From Candidatus Terrybacteria bacterium (GTDB lineage Bacteria; Patescibacteriota; Minisyncoccia; UBA9983), in contig JACQXW010000010.1 in assembly GCA_016208535.1 (NCBI GenBank), positions 1-42,007 of the forward strand: 42,007 nt of DNA, in the 5' to 3' direction. The notes under the pieces are model-generated. The model saw nothing but the letters and a program-made list of their open reading frames with translations, was not told where the DNA came from and searched no databases. The translations under genes were made by a program, and so were the position numbers. The first letter of the stretch is position 1. Every line of letters starts with the position of its first letter. Positions 1-7,842 of the stretch are shown in pieces.

Positions 1-138
1 CATATTTCTGCCGATTTCCTCCACCCCGCCCAAGGGAATGATGCGGACAGGCATTTCTCTAGGATGTTTTTGTATCATTTAATAATTAGAGCTTATAATT
101 GTTATCTATATATTATCCGATTTAAATTTTTAAGTCAA

Positions 139-222
139 TGCCGAGGGCGGGACTTGAACCCGCATGGGCTTGCGCCCACAGCGTTCTGAACGCTGCATGT
201 CTGCCAATTTCATCACCTCGGC
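139..222 (-). tRNA. tRNA-Leu (anticodon CAG), long variable arm
   Basis: The reverse complement folds as a cloverleaf: acceptor GCCGAGG/CCTCGGC, anticodon stem CAGCG/CGCTG with loop TTCAGAA, variable arm TGGGCGCAAGCCCAT, T-arm GCGGG-TTCAAGT-CCCGC. No CCA is encoded. Confidence 0.85.
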
Positions 223-713
223 TGTATCCTTTCGTACAAATTTTCTATTGTTAAAATGTTGGCGTATTTTTCCGGATTGTTTAAAAATTCAAGATTTTCC
301 AATTCCTGCGGCAGTTTTTTTGGTCTCAATTTTATTGGTTCTTGAAGATTTTTAAAGGCGTTGTAGTCGTTTTTAATTTTATCGCTGACCCAATTAGAGA
401 TAAGCAATTCTTTTTCTTTAGACGGATTTATTGTTCTCATGCTAAAGTCCGGCGGAATGACGACCCTTTCTTTTTCTTCCGTTTCTATCAAATACGTTTT
501 TTGCGCATCGCGGCTTTGTATTAAGAATTGGGCTCGTCCCGATTGCACCTCGTAAAGTTCCGGCTCAATGCCAAAATGATAATGGCCTGCTGTCTGGCTG
601 GAGGGGCGAAGTAGGGTTAAATCATAACGGAGTCCGTTTTTTGCGTCTACGCCCCGGCAAACTTCATAGTCGTTCTTAATTTCTAATTTTCCTCTTTGGC
701 AAAAATTTTCCAT
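213..713 (-). CDS. cupin-fold protein, cupin-type phosphoglucose-isomerase-like
   Basis: 166-aa ORF. TAGHYHFGIEPELYEV resembles the TxGHxH...ExY metal-site signature of cupin PGIs. The second motif, PPDFSMRTIN, has Met where the family has His. The start abuts the relE-like stop and the 3' end overlaps tRNA-Leu by about 10 nt. Confidence 0.5.
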   Translation of the reverse strand: MENFCQRGKLEIKNDYEVCRGVDAKNGLRYDLTLLRPSSQTAGHYHFGIEPELYEVQSGRAQFLIQSRDAQKTYLIETEEKERVVIPPDFSMRTINPSKEKELLISNWVSDKIKNDYNAFKNLQEPIKLRPKKLPQELENLEFLNNPEKYANILTIENLYERIQPR

Positions 714-964
714 TAGTAAGCTTTGGGTCTTGGCGAGATTTTAGTTATTAAAATCTGATTATTTTTATAGTCAAAAAAGATGCGATAATCTCCAATACGA
801 AAACGATATACCTTTTCTTTGCTATCTGTTATAGATTTTGCGAAATAGAAAGGATCACCGCTCTCAATATAAAACCTAATTTTCTTAATGATTCTTTTTT
901 GAGTTTCCAGTGGCAATTTTTGTAATTCTTGATCTGCGTACTTAGTAAAACTGTATGAAATCAT
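713..964 (-). CDS. relE: RelE/ParE-family type II toxin
   Basis: 83-aa ORF. ...KVYRFRIGDYRIFFDYKNNQILITKISPRPKAY fits the RelE/ParE toxin pattern. It overlaps the upstream small ORF by 4 nt (ATGA). Confidence 0.8.
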   Translation of the reverse strand: MISYSFTKYADQELQKLPLETQKRIIKKIRFYIESGDPFYFAKSITDSKEKVYRFRIGDYRIFFDYKNNQILITKISPRPKAY

Positions 965-1227
965 ATCAAGCCAAATCTTTTTTCAATTGTTTTCGAAGAT
1001 ACTTTTCCCGACTTCCTCGAAATTTTTATTTCATTCCAAAATTCAGGAGTTAAGTATTCTAAATTCTCCAGCAAATCCTCAAAAGCATTTTTGTCAAAAA
1101 AGAACCCTTTGGTAGGGAACCCTCTTTTTTCTGCAACAACACGAACAAATCCCCGGAGTATTTTAGCAGGATTTGATTTAATATCTGATAATTTAGCAAT
1201 TTTTTCTTTGAGAATAAGATTACTCAT
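961..1227 (-). CDS. putative antitoxin partner of the RelE-like toxin
   Basis: 88-aa ORF immediately upstream of, and translationally coupled to, the toxin. The family was not recognised from sequence alone. Confidence 0.55.
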   Translation of the reverse strand: MSNLILKEKIAKLSDIKSNPAKILRGFVRVVAEKRGFPTKGFFFDKNAFEDLLENLEYLTPEFWNEIKISRKSGKVSSKTIEKRFGLI

Positions 1228-1236
1228 ATTATTTCC

Positions 1237-1264
1237 ATTATAACCCTTCCATTTTTAAAATCAA
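1237..1264 (-). promoter_or_regulatory. sigma70-like promoter TTGATT-N16-TATAAT, 9 nt before the ATG
   Basis: The - strand reads TTGATTttaaaaatggaagggtTATAATggaaataatATG. It is nearly identical to the cassette at 1937-1964. Confidence 0.6.
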
Positions 1265-1331
1265 TCTTGTGTAATTGTCCGTGCCCAACATTCAATGTTG
1301 AACACTACCTTGACAGGAAAGGATGCTCTTT

Positions 1332-1925
1332 TTATCTAAATGCATTTACATGTTTTAGAATAGCTTCTAGATCTTCGGATAAAGGTTTAATCTCTTCTTC
1401 TCTAATTCCGGGTTTTCTGCCAATTACTTCGCCGCCTTTAATAAAAGTTTTTGCAGACCAATCAAATAGTTTTATTAATTTATCAACATCTAATTGGTAA
1501 CTTTTAGCATCCGCAAAATCATATCTAGCACCACTGAGAGTCATTTCTAATGCAGAACCAGATTCCTCCATAAGATTCTTCTCCCCACCTTGATTCTTTT
1601 TGACCTCTAGAAAGAAATCAAGAGCATCATCAATAATTTTATTTCCCGCCCTAGCCTTTTCAAGCATCTCCGCAGTTTGTTTATCGTTCATTCCCTCAAT
1701 TTTAAATTTATCAGTATATTTATAAACATTATTGAAAAAATCAAAATAATTAGCTCTATTTATATCCTTTTTATTTTCAAGTCTATCCTTATCGGCAAAC
1801 AAACTTTTTAAATTTAAAAATCGTTCAATCTGTTCCTGTTCAGAAGCTTCATCAAATTTTTTCCTTTCTTTTTCTGTTTTTGCCATCTCTTCTGGCGACG
1901 ACATTAGTGGTTGTTCAAATTTCAT
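1332..1925 (-). CDS. hypothetical protein
   Basis: 197-aa ORF with its own consensus promoter. Charged and helical-looking, with no motif recognised. Confidence 0.5.
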   Translation of the reverse strand: MKFEQPLMSSPEEMAKTEKERKKFDEASEQEQIERFLNLKSLFADKDRLENKKDINRANYFDFFNNVYKYTDKFKIEGMNDKQTAEMLEKARAGNKIIDDALDFFLEVKKNQGGEKNLMEESGSALEMTLSGARYDFADAKSYQLDVDKLIKLFDWSAKTFIKGGEVIGRKPGIREEEIKPLSEDLEAILKHVNAFR

Positions 1926-1936
1926 AAATTTCTTCC

Positions 1937-1964
1937 ATTATAATCCCTTCTTTTTTAAAGTCAA
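1937..1964 (-). promoter_or_regulatory. sigma70-like promoter TTGACT-N16-TATAAT, 11 nt before the ATG
   Basis: The - strand reads TTGACTttaaaaaagaagggatTATAATggaagaaatttATG. Confidence 0.6.
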
Positions 1965-3685
1965 TCTTTGGCAAAAATTTTCCATATTTTGTCTGTTTTG
2001 ATATGCCATTTGTAAATCTGGGAAAATCTTTCAGAGGGCGCGGTGATGCTTTCCATCTCCTCTGTGCCCTTGAGATAGTTCGGCAAGAGATAAATGAATT
2101 TTGGCGAGAAGAGAAAGATTGCCGGCGCATCCTTAACCACCTCTCTTTGGAATTCTTCGTATTTTTCTCTCCGCTCATCCTCGTCAGAGATTGTCCGCGC
2201 CTGCTCAAGGAGCTTGTCAACTTTTATATTGGTATAAAGGGCGATATTCAATCCAGGGTCGTTTCTCTGAGAAGAATGCCAGAAGGCAAAGGGGTCCGAG
2301 TCCCTGCCGACTACCTCTCCAAAGAGAAGGGCGTCATATTTTCTCGGCCGGATGATGTTTTGGTTCAGGTCGCCAATCTCAAAGATTTTTATCTTGACCT
2401 TTATCCCCACGGCCTCCCACATTGATTTTAGAAGTTCAGCTGTCTGTTTGAGATCGGGCGTATCCGAGGTGGCCAGAGAAAATTCAAGGCGCAAGATGTC
2501 TCCTTTATTTTTTTTCTCCCAGATTTTTTCTTTTTCATCAAAGGTCCAGCCGTTTTTTAAAAGAAGTGCCCTCGCCTTTTCCGGAGAAAAAATTTCTTCC
2601 TCCGGAGGCAATGCTCCGAATGTCCCAGGCGGGATTGGATAATCAATTTTTGTTCCAAAGCCTTGAAACACCTCGTCTATTATTCTTTTTTTGTCAGTGG
2701 CCAGATTAAGACCGGAACGGATTTCTTTTTTACTGAAGATAGGCGCATTATTTTGGTTAAAAAAAACTCCGAAGACGCGCGGCAAGGAAAGAGTTTTAAG
2801 ATTACTGCTGTTTCTTTTGATTTTTTCCGCTGATTGCGGGGCAATGGCGCTGATGCTGTCAATACTTCCTTTCAAGTAGGCGTTGAGAAGGTCTTTTTCC
2901 GAGGGGTAGAAACGGAGGATGAGATTTTTGATGTGCGGTTTGCCTAAGGCGAAATTTTTATTTGAAACCATCTCATAAGAAGTAATGATTCCCGAAGAAT
3001 TTTTATTGATTTTTTTGATTTTATACGGTCCGGAACCAACAGGCTTGATATTGAATTCACTGAAGCTCATTTGGTCTGACATCGCCTCCTTCCAGATATG
3101 TTTTGGCAAAATGCCGATGGTGGCGTTTTCCAAAAAGGGAACATAAGGTTTTTCCAAAGAGAATCTGACAGAAAGATCACCTAGTTTTTCCACTTCCACG
3201 CCCTCCCAACTTGCCCTTCGCGGACTTTTTATATTCGGGTCTTTTGCCTGCTGGATGGTAAAAATGATGTCGTCGCTGGTAATTGGTTTTCCGTCGTGCC
3301 AGACCAAATTCTGTTTCAGGAAAAATGTGTAAGAGAGGCTGTCTCTAGAAATCTCAAATTTTTCCGCCAGGTCGGGAATGAGATTGCCTTTGTTGTCAGG
3401 CCGCAAAAGGCCGGAGTAGATGAGATTGGTCATGTCCCTGTCCGCGTCTGACATTGCCAGAACGGGATTTATGAATCTGGGGGTGCCGATTGCGCCCTCT
3501 GTCAGTGCGCCGCCGCTGGCAGGTATTTCAATTAAAAAAATATTATTGATTTTCCAGAGCAAGGAAAGGAAACTGGCTGCAAAAATTATCGCCAAACTAA
3601 AAAAAACAATTTTTTCTTTTAAGGAAAAATTTCTTAGAATTAAAACAATTTCGCAGAGAATTTTATTTATCTTTTTCATTATCAT
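1961..3685 (-). CDS. ABC transporter substrate-binding protein, family 5 (peptide/nickel type), membrane-anchored
   Basis: 574-aa ORF with an N-terminal TM/signal anchor. The length and sequence style (e.g. ...LVWHDGKPITSDDIIFT...) are typical of OppA/DppA-like SBPs. No permease genes are adjacent. Confidence 0.75.
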   Translation of the reverse strand: MIMKKINKILCEIVLILRNFSLKEKIVFFSLAIIFAASFLSLLWKINNIFLIEIPASGGALTEGAIGTPRFINPVLAMSDADRDMTNLIYSGLLRPDNKGNLIPDLAEKFEISRDSLSYTFFLKQNLVWHDGKPITSDDIIFTIQQAKDPNIKSPRRASWEGVEVEKLGDLSVRFSLEKPYVPFLENATIGILPKHIWKEAMSDQMSFSEFNIKPVGSGPYKIKKINKNSSGIITSYEMVSNKNFALGKPHIKNLILRFYPSEKDLLNAYLKGSIDSISAIAPQSAEKIKRNSSNLKTLSLPRVFGVFFNQNNAPIFSKKEIRSGLNLATDKKRIIDEVFQGFGTKIDYPIPPGTFGALPPEEEIFSPEKARALLLKNGWTFDEKEKIWEKKNKGDILRLEFSLATSDTPDLKQTAELLKSMWEAVGIKVKIKIFEIGDLNQNIIRPRKYDALLFGEVVGRDSDPFAFWHSSQRNDPGLNIALYTNIKVDKLLEQARTISDEDERREKYEEFQREVVKDAPAIFLFSPKFIYLLPNYLKGTEEMESITAPSERFSQIYKWHIKTDKIWKIFAKD

Positions 3686-3688
3686 TTA

Positions 3689-3717
3689 CCCCGTTAGAAG
3701 TCGGACTTCTAACGGGG
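3689..3717 (-). terminator. perfect hairpin between secG and the SBP gene
   Basis: CCCCGTTAGAAG-tcgg-ACTTCTAACGGGG, flanked by T/A runs. Confidence 0.55.
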
Positions 3718-3718
3718 T

Positions 3719-3943
3719 TTATTTAATAAGCAGGGCCGCGATTGTTGACATTATGAAGAGAATGGCAAGGATTATTGTTGATATGAATAAAATTTTTTCT
3801 ATGCCCCGCTTGGTGTGGTAAGAGGCGCCGGCGCCCCCGAAGCTGGCGCCAAGCCCGCCGCCTCTTTGCTGGAGCAAAATGGCAGCCACCAGTAAAGCGC
3901 AAATAATTATCTGGATAAGAGAAATGATTGAAGAAATAGGCAT
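3719..3943 (-). CDS. secG: preprotein translocase subunit SecG
   Basis: Two TM segments flank the Gly-rich loop LLQQRGGGLGASFGGAGAS. I prefer the internal ATG at 3943 (MPISSIIS...), which has a TATACT box 8 nt upstream. The ORF track extends to 4021. Confidence 0.8.
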   Translation of the reverse strand: MPISSIISLIQIIICALLVAAILLQQRGGGLGASFGGAGASYHTKRGIEKILFISTIILAILFIMSTIAALLIK

Positions 3944-4027
3944 TATTACTGAGTATAAACTAATTTTTTTAAAAAACAAGGTTTTAGCATTATTGATGTT
4001 TAAATGAAATTCTGTTATCATATTCTT

Positions 4028-4243
4028 ATGTATAACTGGTCAGTTGATGAAAAAAAATTTAAAAAAGAAGATCCCGAAGGTTATAAAATCTGGAGATTGG
4101 AGCAGATGATAAATTGGGGATTGGGAGGCGAAAAACTAAATGAAAAATTAGTAAGAAAGTATTGGGGAAAATTATTTTTAGACCCTGAAACTAAACGATT
4201 TTTAGAATTTTTATTATGGCCCAAAAAGAAATTCTTACCTTAG
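4028..4243 (+). CDS. small hypothetical protein, possible partner of the downstream AbiEii-like gene
   Basis: The ORF starts at MYNWSVDEKKF... and overlaps the next ORF by 28 nt. Function is not recognisable. Confidence 0.4.
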   Translation: MYNWSVDEKKFKKEDPEGYKIWRLEQMINWGLGGEKLNEKLVRKYWGKLFLDPETKRFLEFLLWPKKKFLP

Positions 4244-4731
4244 AGCAGAAGAAGATTTTAGATTTATTTTCTAAAGAAGATTATTTAATCCGTAAATTTT
4301 ATTTTACTGGTGGCACGCCACTTTCCGCCTTTTATCTGTTTTTCAATAAGACAAATTTTTTAAAAGTAGATTTTAATTATTATCCATTTCCTCGTATTGA
4401 AAAAGGAATGAAATATAAAAATATTATTATAGATAGTATTTATGATATTGCTGTTAATAAGGTCCATACTATTTCGATGAAAGCTAGAGCTCGCGATTTT
4501 ATTGATGTTTATTTTATTATTAAAGAAAAAGGATACACTTTTGAAAAACTCTTAATTGACGCAAAAGCCAAATTTGACTGACATATTGATTCTGTTCAAT
4601 TGGGTACTCAACTTATCAAAGCTACAGAAGTGAGAGATTATCCTCGTATGCTCAAGAAAATCAACCATCAGGAATGGAAAGATTTCTTTCTTAAAGAAGC
4701 CCAAAAATTAAAATCAGAAATTCTTTATTAA
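4216..4731 (+). pseudogene. AbiEii/AbiGii-like nucleotidyltransferase toxin (DUF1814-like), degraded
   Basis: FYFTGGTPLSAFYL...VDFNYYPFPRIEKG...ARARDFIDVYFIIKEKGY. The segment that normally holds the NTase catalytic motif looks deleted. An in-frame TGA at 4579-4581 (KFD*HID) is followed by 49 more in-frame codons ending at 4731. Confidence 0.5.
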
Positions 4732-4740
4732 AGAGGGGAT

Positions 4741-4749
4741 TTATCCACA
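4741..4749 (+). promoter_or_regulatory. TTATCCACA (perfect DnaA-box consensus 9-mer)
   Basis: Exact 9-mer in the intergenic region upstream of the 722-aa surface-protein gene. Confidence 0.5.
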
Positions 4750-4760
4750 CCCGCCCTTGC

Positions 4761-4768
4761 GGGGGGGG
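4761..4768. repeat. homopolymeric G8 tract
   Basis: gcGGGGGGGGct lies between the TTATCCACA motif and a TATGAA(T) -10-like box. Confidence 0.9.
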
Positions 4769-4798
4769 CTTAAATGATAGGATTTAAACAATATGAAT

Positions 4799-4860
4799 CC
4801 CGTTAGAAATAAGGTTGTAATAACGGGAAGTATTATTAGGTTAATAAAATTTCTAACGGG
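4799..4860. repeat. 12-bp inverted repeat CCCGTTAGAAAT / ATTTCTAACGGG around a 38-nt spacer
   Basis: The repeat ends exactly at the ATG of the 4861 ORF. It shares the CCCGTTAGAA core with the hairpin at 3689-3717. Confidence 0.8.
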
Positions 4861-7029
4861 ATGAAAAACATCAAAAAATTATTTATTATCAGTTTATTTT
4901 TAGGTATTTTGGTCGCAGCTGGAGGTTTTGGTTATCAGGCCCAGGCCGCTGGCTTAACTCAAATCCAGATTGACGCCATTCTTGGTCTACTTCGCTCTTT
5001 TGGCGCAGACGCAGCAACAGTTAGCAATGTTCAATCCGCTCTCACAGGCGCGCCAGTTGTTCCTCCAACACCTCCTCCACCTCCTTCAACTACTCCTTCA
5101 ACCGCAGCATGGTGCCATGATTTTTATGTTAATTTAAAGGTTGAAGATTCCGGGAGTGAAGTTGGCGCATTAAAAACTGCTTTAATAAAGGATGGTTTTC
5201 CAATAAATGAAAGTTTAAATTTTAATGAAGAGACTGTCTCAGCAGTCATTGGTTTTCAAGAAAAATACAAAGACGAAATTTTAATTCCCGTAGGCCTTCA
5301 ATATGGAACCGGTTATGTTGGCGCATCAACAAGAGCCAAATTGAATTCGCTTTATGGCTGCCTGATTCCTGTTCCTCCTCCACCGCCGTCAGAAATTACC
5401 ATAATCCCAACTCCAACACCGACACCAATAATAGCAACCACCACTCCCTCCATCACCGTGCTTTCGCCGAACGGAGGGGAGGTGTTTGTACAAGGGCAAA
5501 ATAATACAATTTCGTGGGAATCAAGCAATCTCCCGTCCAATACAACCTATGTTCATCTTGCACTAATATCGGAAACTGCCGGCGAAGTTGGCTTTATTAA
5601 TTATACGAATACAAATGACCCGATCTTAAATTGCGGCTCATACTTATTAAGTGCTAATGGTAATTATAGCTGGGATGGAAAAACCGCATGTAAGAATAGT
5701 CAAAAAGTTAATGTATCAGTTGGAAATTATAAAATCAATGCGAGATTATATTCATGGCCTAATACTAATAATCCAGGAATAGAAATTGCTTTAGATTCCA
5801 GCGACGCGGCGTTCAGTATTGCGGCGGCGACACAATCCTCAATAAAACCCATGATATTTAGAGACATTTTGAAAGTAGAGAGTGTAACTCCGTATGATGT
5901 TGCGAATTTAGGTTTTGGTGTCTATCAAGTGAGCGCTCAATATAACTTGGGATCATATCACCAAGGCAAGTGGTATGAAGGATTGAATCCGGGCATCTCG
6001 GGTCCGGTGTGGGTTGAATTTAGTTGGCCAAACCGGCCTGACACTGATGTTCTGTTGCAAGACGAAAATGGTCTTAGCCGAAAAATTTATCTTCCCTCTG
6101 CCGGAGCAAATACAACAGGTAATCCATGGTATTATTGGATAGCCGAGGACGGATCAAGTTATTATGCCCATACAAGTCATGGCCCTAGTTGGCCTAATCT
6201 TTCTAGTAGTGAAGCATTAAAACTGGAGCATCTTGCTCAAAAAGCAGCAACCACCACCACCCCCTCCATCACCGTGCTTTCGCCGAACGGCGGGGAGAGT
6301 TGGAGTGTCGGTTCAACACAGACGATTCGTTGGACATCTCAAAATTTGCCTTCCGGGTCAAATTATCAGTTTTCAATTGATCTTCGTAAAAACGATGTCA
6401 ACATTAGAACACTTTTTATTTCAACGGAGAATGATGGCACTCAACAATGGATAGTCCCGGATATTGTTTCAAGTGGAATCGAAACTGGTTTAAAAATCCG
6501 ACTTTCTCTTTATGTAGTAGGAACTGCTAAACCTCTTTATTACGACGACAGCGACGCGGCGTTCAGTATTGCGGCGGCAGGGCCAGCAACAGGGACTGTG
6601 ACTATCGCTTCACCAAATGGCGGAGAAACATATGTCCAGGGGTCAACTTACAATATCAACTGGACAAATTTTGGTTTTGGATCTGATGCCTGGGCGCAAA
6701 TCCAGCTCAGGAATTCAACTGATCCCTCTAAGATGGTTAGTCTTATCGTTAATTCAGTGCCAGCAACGGCAAATACTGGAAGTACATACAGCTGGACTGT
6801 GCCTAATACCATTCCGGCTGGCAAATATCTTATTTGGGTGACAATGGGAAGTGGATTAGATTCTACTGGAAATCGCGTTCTCGGCTCTGATTATTCCGAC
6901 GCGGCGTTCAGCATTGTGGCCACAACCACTTCTGGTTTAGGGGCGGTGCCGGCATCAACACAAACAGCAAGCGCCCTCGGGCCTTTATTAGAGGCGATAA
7001 ACAAACTAATTGAACTCTTGAAAAAATAG
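4861..7029 (+). CDS. secreted/cell-surface protein: signal peptide, peptidoglycan-binding-like domain, Pro/Thr linkers, three repeated beta-sandwich-like modules
   Basis: 722 aa. N-terminal signal MKNIKKLFIISLFLGILVAAGGFGYQAQA. A PG_binding_1-like stretch (GSEVGALKTALIKDGF...GFQEKY). Three modules each start ...SPNGGE..V/QGS...W and end SDAAFSI(A/V)A. Identical 29-mers occur at 5446/6262 and at 5800/6550. Confidence 0.8.
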   Translation: MKNIKKLFIISLFLGILVAAGGFGYQAQAAGLTQIQIDAILGLLRSFGADAATVSNVQSALTGAPVVPPTPPPPPSTTPSTAAWCHDFYVNLKVEDSGSEVGALKTALIKDGFPINESLNFNEETVSAVIGFQEKYKDEILIPVGLQYGTGYVGASTRAKLNSLYGCLIPVPPPPPSEITIIPTPTPTPIIATTTPSITVLSPNGGEVFVQGQNNTISWESSNLPSNTTYVHLALISETAGEVGFINYTNTNDPILNCGSYLLSANGNYSWDGKTACKNSQKVNVSVGNYKINARLYSWPNTNNPGIEIALDSSDAAFSIAAATQSSIKPMIFRDILKVESVTPYDVANLGFGVYQVSAQYNLGSYHQGKWYEGLNPGISGPVWVEFSWPNRPDTDVLLQDENGLSRKIYLPSAGANTTGNPWYYWIAEDGSSYYAHTSHGPSWPNLSSSEALKLEHLAQKAATTTTPSITVLSPNGGESWSVGSTQTIRWTSQNLPSGSNYQFSIDLRKNDVNIRTLFISTENDGTQQWIVPDIVSSGIETGLKIRLSLYVVGTAKPLYYDDSDAAFSIAAAGPATGTVTIASPNGGETYVQGSTYNINWTNFGFGSDAWAQIQLRNSTDPSKMVSLIVNSVPATANTGSTYSWTVPNTIPAGKYLIWVTMGSGLDSTGNRVLGSDYSDAAFSIVATTTSGLGAVPASTQTASALGPLLEAINKLIELLKK

Positions 7030-7040
7030 AAAATTCGCGC

Positions 7041-7069
7041 TTGACTTCTGATTTTTGCTAGTTTACCAT
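7041..7069 (+). promoter_or_regulatory. promoter TTGACT-N17-TACCAT, 7 nt before the ATG
   Basis: ttgacttctgatttttgctagttTACCATaaaaaacATG. Confidence 0.5.
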
Positions 7070-7076
7070 AAAAAAC

Positions 7077-7283
7077 ATGGAAGTTGTTACAATTCCTAAA
7101 AAATTAGAAAAAGAATTAAAAGATGTTTCTCATAATTTTGGCGTTTCTCAAGAGGATTTTTTAACAAATGCCGTTTTATACTATCTCAAGGCCTTGAAAG
7201 ATAAAATTGATTTAAAAAAGGAATTAGAAATGTGGGCTAATGCCAGTGAGAAAGATTTTCTTAAATTTGAAAAGAGTTTATGA
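7077..7283 (+). CDS. antitoxin of the MazEF/PemIK-type pair
   Basis: 68-aa ORF with an ATGA overlap onto the downstream PemK/MazF-like toxin. Confidence 0.6.
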   Translation: MEVVTIPKKLEKELKDVSHNFGVSQEDFLTNAVLYYLKALKDKIDLKKELEMWANASEKDFLKFEKSL

Positions 7284-7606
7284 AAAAGGGCGATGTTTGT
7301 ATCGTTAATGTGGCTACTGGCGTCGGCCATGAGCAATATGGCGAGAGGCCGGCAATTTTAATTTCAGATACAAAGATAGGTATTGTTATCGTTATACCTT
7401 TGACTTCCAATATGGAAGCCTTAAAATTTCCTTATACTCTAACTATTTTTTCTGATAAACAAAATAATCTTAGTCAAGATTCTGTGGCGCTAATTTTCCA
7501 GATTAGAGCCGTTGATAAATCAAGAATTACAAAAGTTATTGGAAAAATCAGCACAAATTTTCAAAAAAAGATTGACAAGATTCTTAAAGAGGTATTGGTT
7601 TTATAA
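7280..7606 (+). CDS. mazF: PemK/MazF-family mRNA-interferase toxin
   Basis: 108 aa. MKKGDVCIVNV...GHEQYGERPAILISD...VIVIPLTSN fits the PemK/MazF fold signature. Confidence 0.8.
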   Translation: MKKGDVCIVNVATGVGHEQYGERPAILISDTKIGIVIVIPLTSNMEALKFPYTLTIFSDKQNNLSQDSVALIFQIRAVDKSRITKVIGKISTNFQKKIDKILKEVLVL

Positions 7607-7676
7607 AACCGCTAGTATTCAACCGACATCGTAAGTCGGTTCTTCACGAAGTTTGGTGTTGTGCAAGGCAAAAAAC

Positions 7677-7699
7677 AACCCTGGCACACGGCCAGGGTT
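7677..7699. terminator. bidirectional intrinsic terminator
   Basis: aaaaaacAACCCTGGC-acacg-GCCAGGGTTttatt. The A-run and T-run flank the hairpin. Confidence 0.65.
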
Positions 7700-7708
7700 T
7701 TATTCGTC

Positions 7709-7792
7709 TCAATAAAGACAAATTTCTTTTCCTGTTTCAGGGTCTATGCCCTTTTTTTCTTTTCCGCAATTAGAACATATTTCTTCTCCCAT
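7709..7792 (-). CDS. 27-aa Cys-containing small ORF (MGEEICSNCGKEKKGIDPETGKEICLY)
   Basis: A perfect AAGGAGG lies 4 nt upstream of the ATG, and the terminator at 7677-7699 follows. It is below the ORF-track length cut-off. Confidence 0.3.
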   Translation of the reverse strand: MGEEICSNCGKEKKGIDPETGKEICLY

Positions 7793-7805
7793 AAACCCTC
7801 CTTTC

Positions 7806-7836
7806 TTGACAAAGTTTTTCTAATTCTTATTATAAT
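7806..7836 (+). promoter_or_regulatory. groESL promoter TTGACA ... TATAAT, 6 nt before the ATG
   Basis: TTGACAaagtttttctaattcttatTATAATatttatATG. No SD and no CIRCE palindrome is visible. Confidence 0.6.
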
Positions 7837-7842
7837 ATTTAT

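Noticed and set aside
1-138. Possible riboswitch in the ~110-nt leader between a - strand TTGACT-N17-TAATAT promoter (138-110) and the - strand ATG at position 3
   Set aside because: The downstream gene is outside the window and I could not match any known riboswitch core by eye, so the evidence is insufficient.
7700-7842. A CIRCE (HrcA) operator upstream of groES
   Set aside because: There is no TTAGCACTC-N9-GAGTGCTAA-like inverted repeat in the upstream region.
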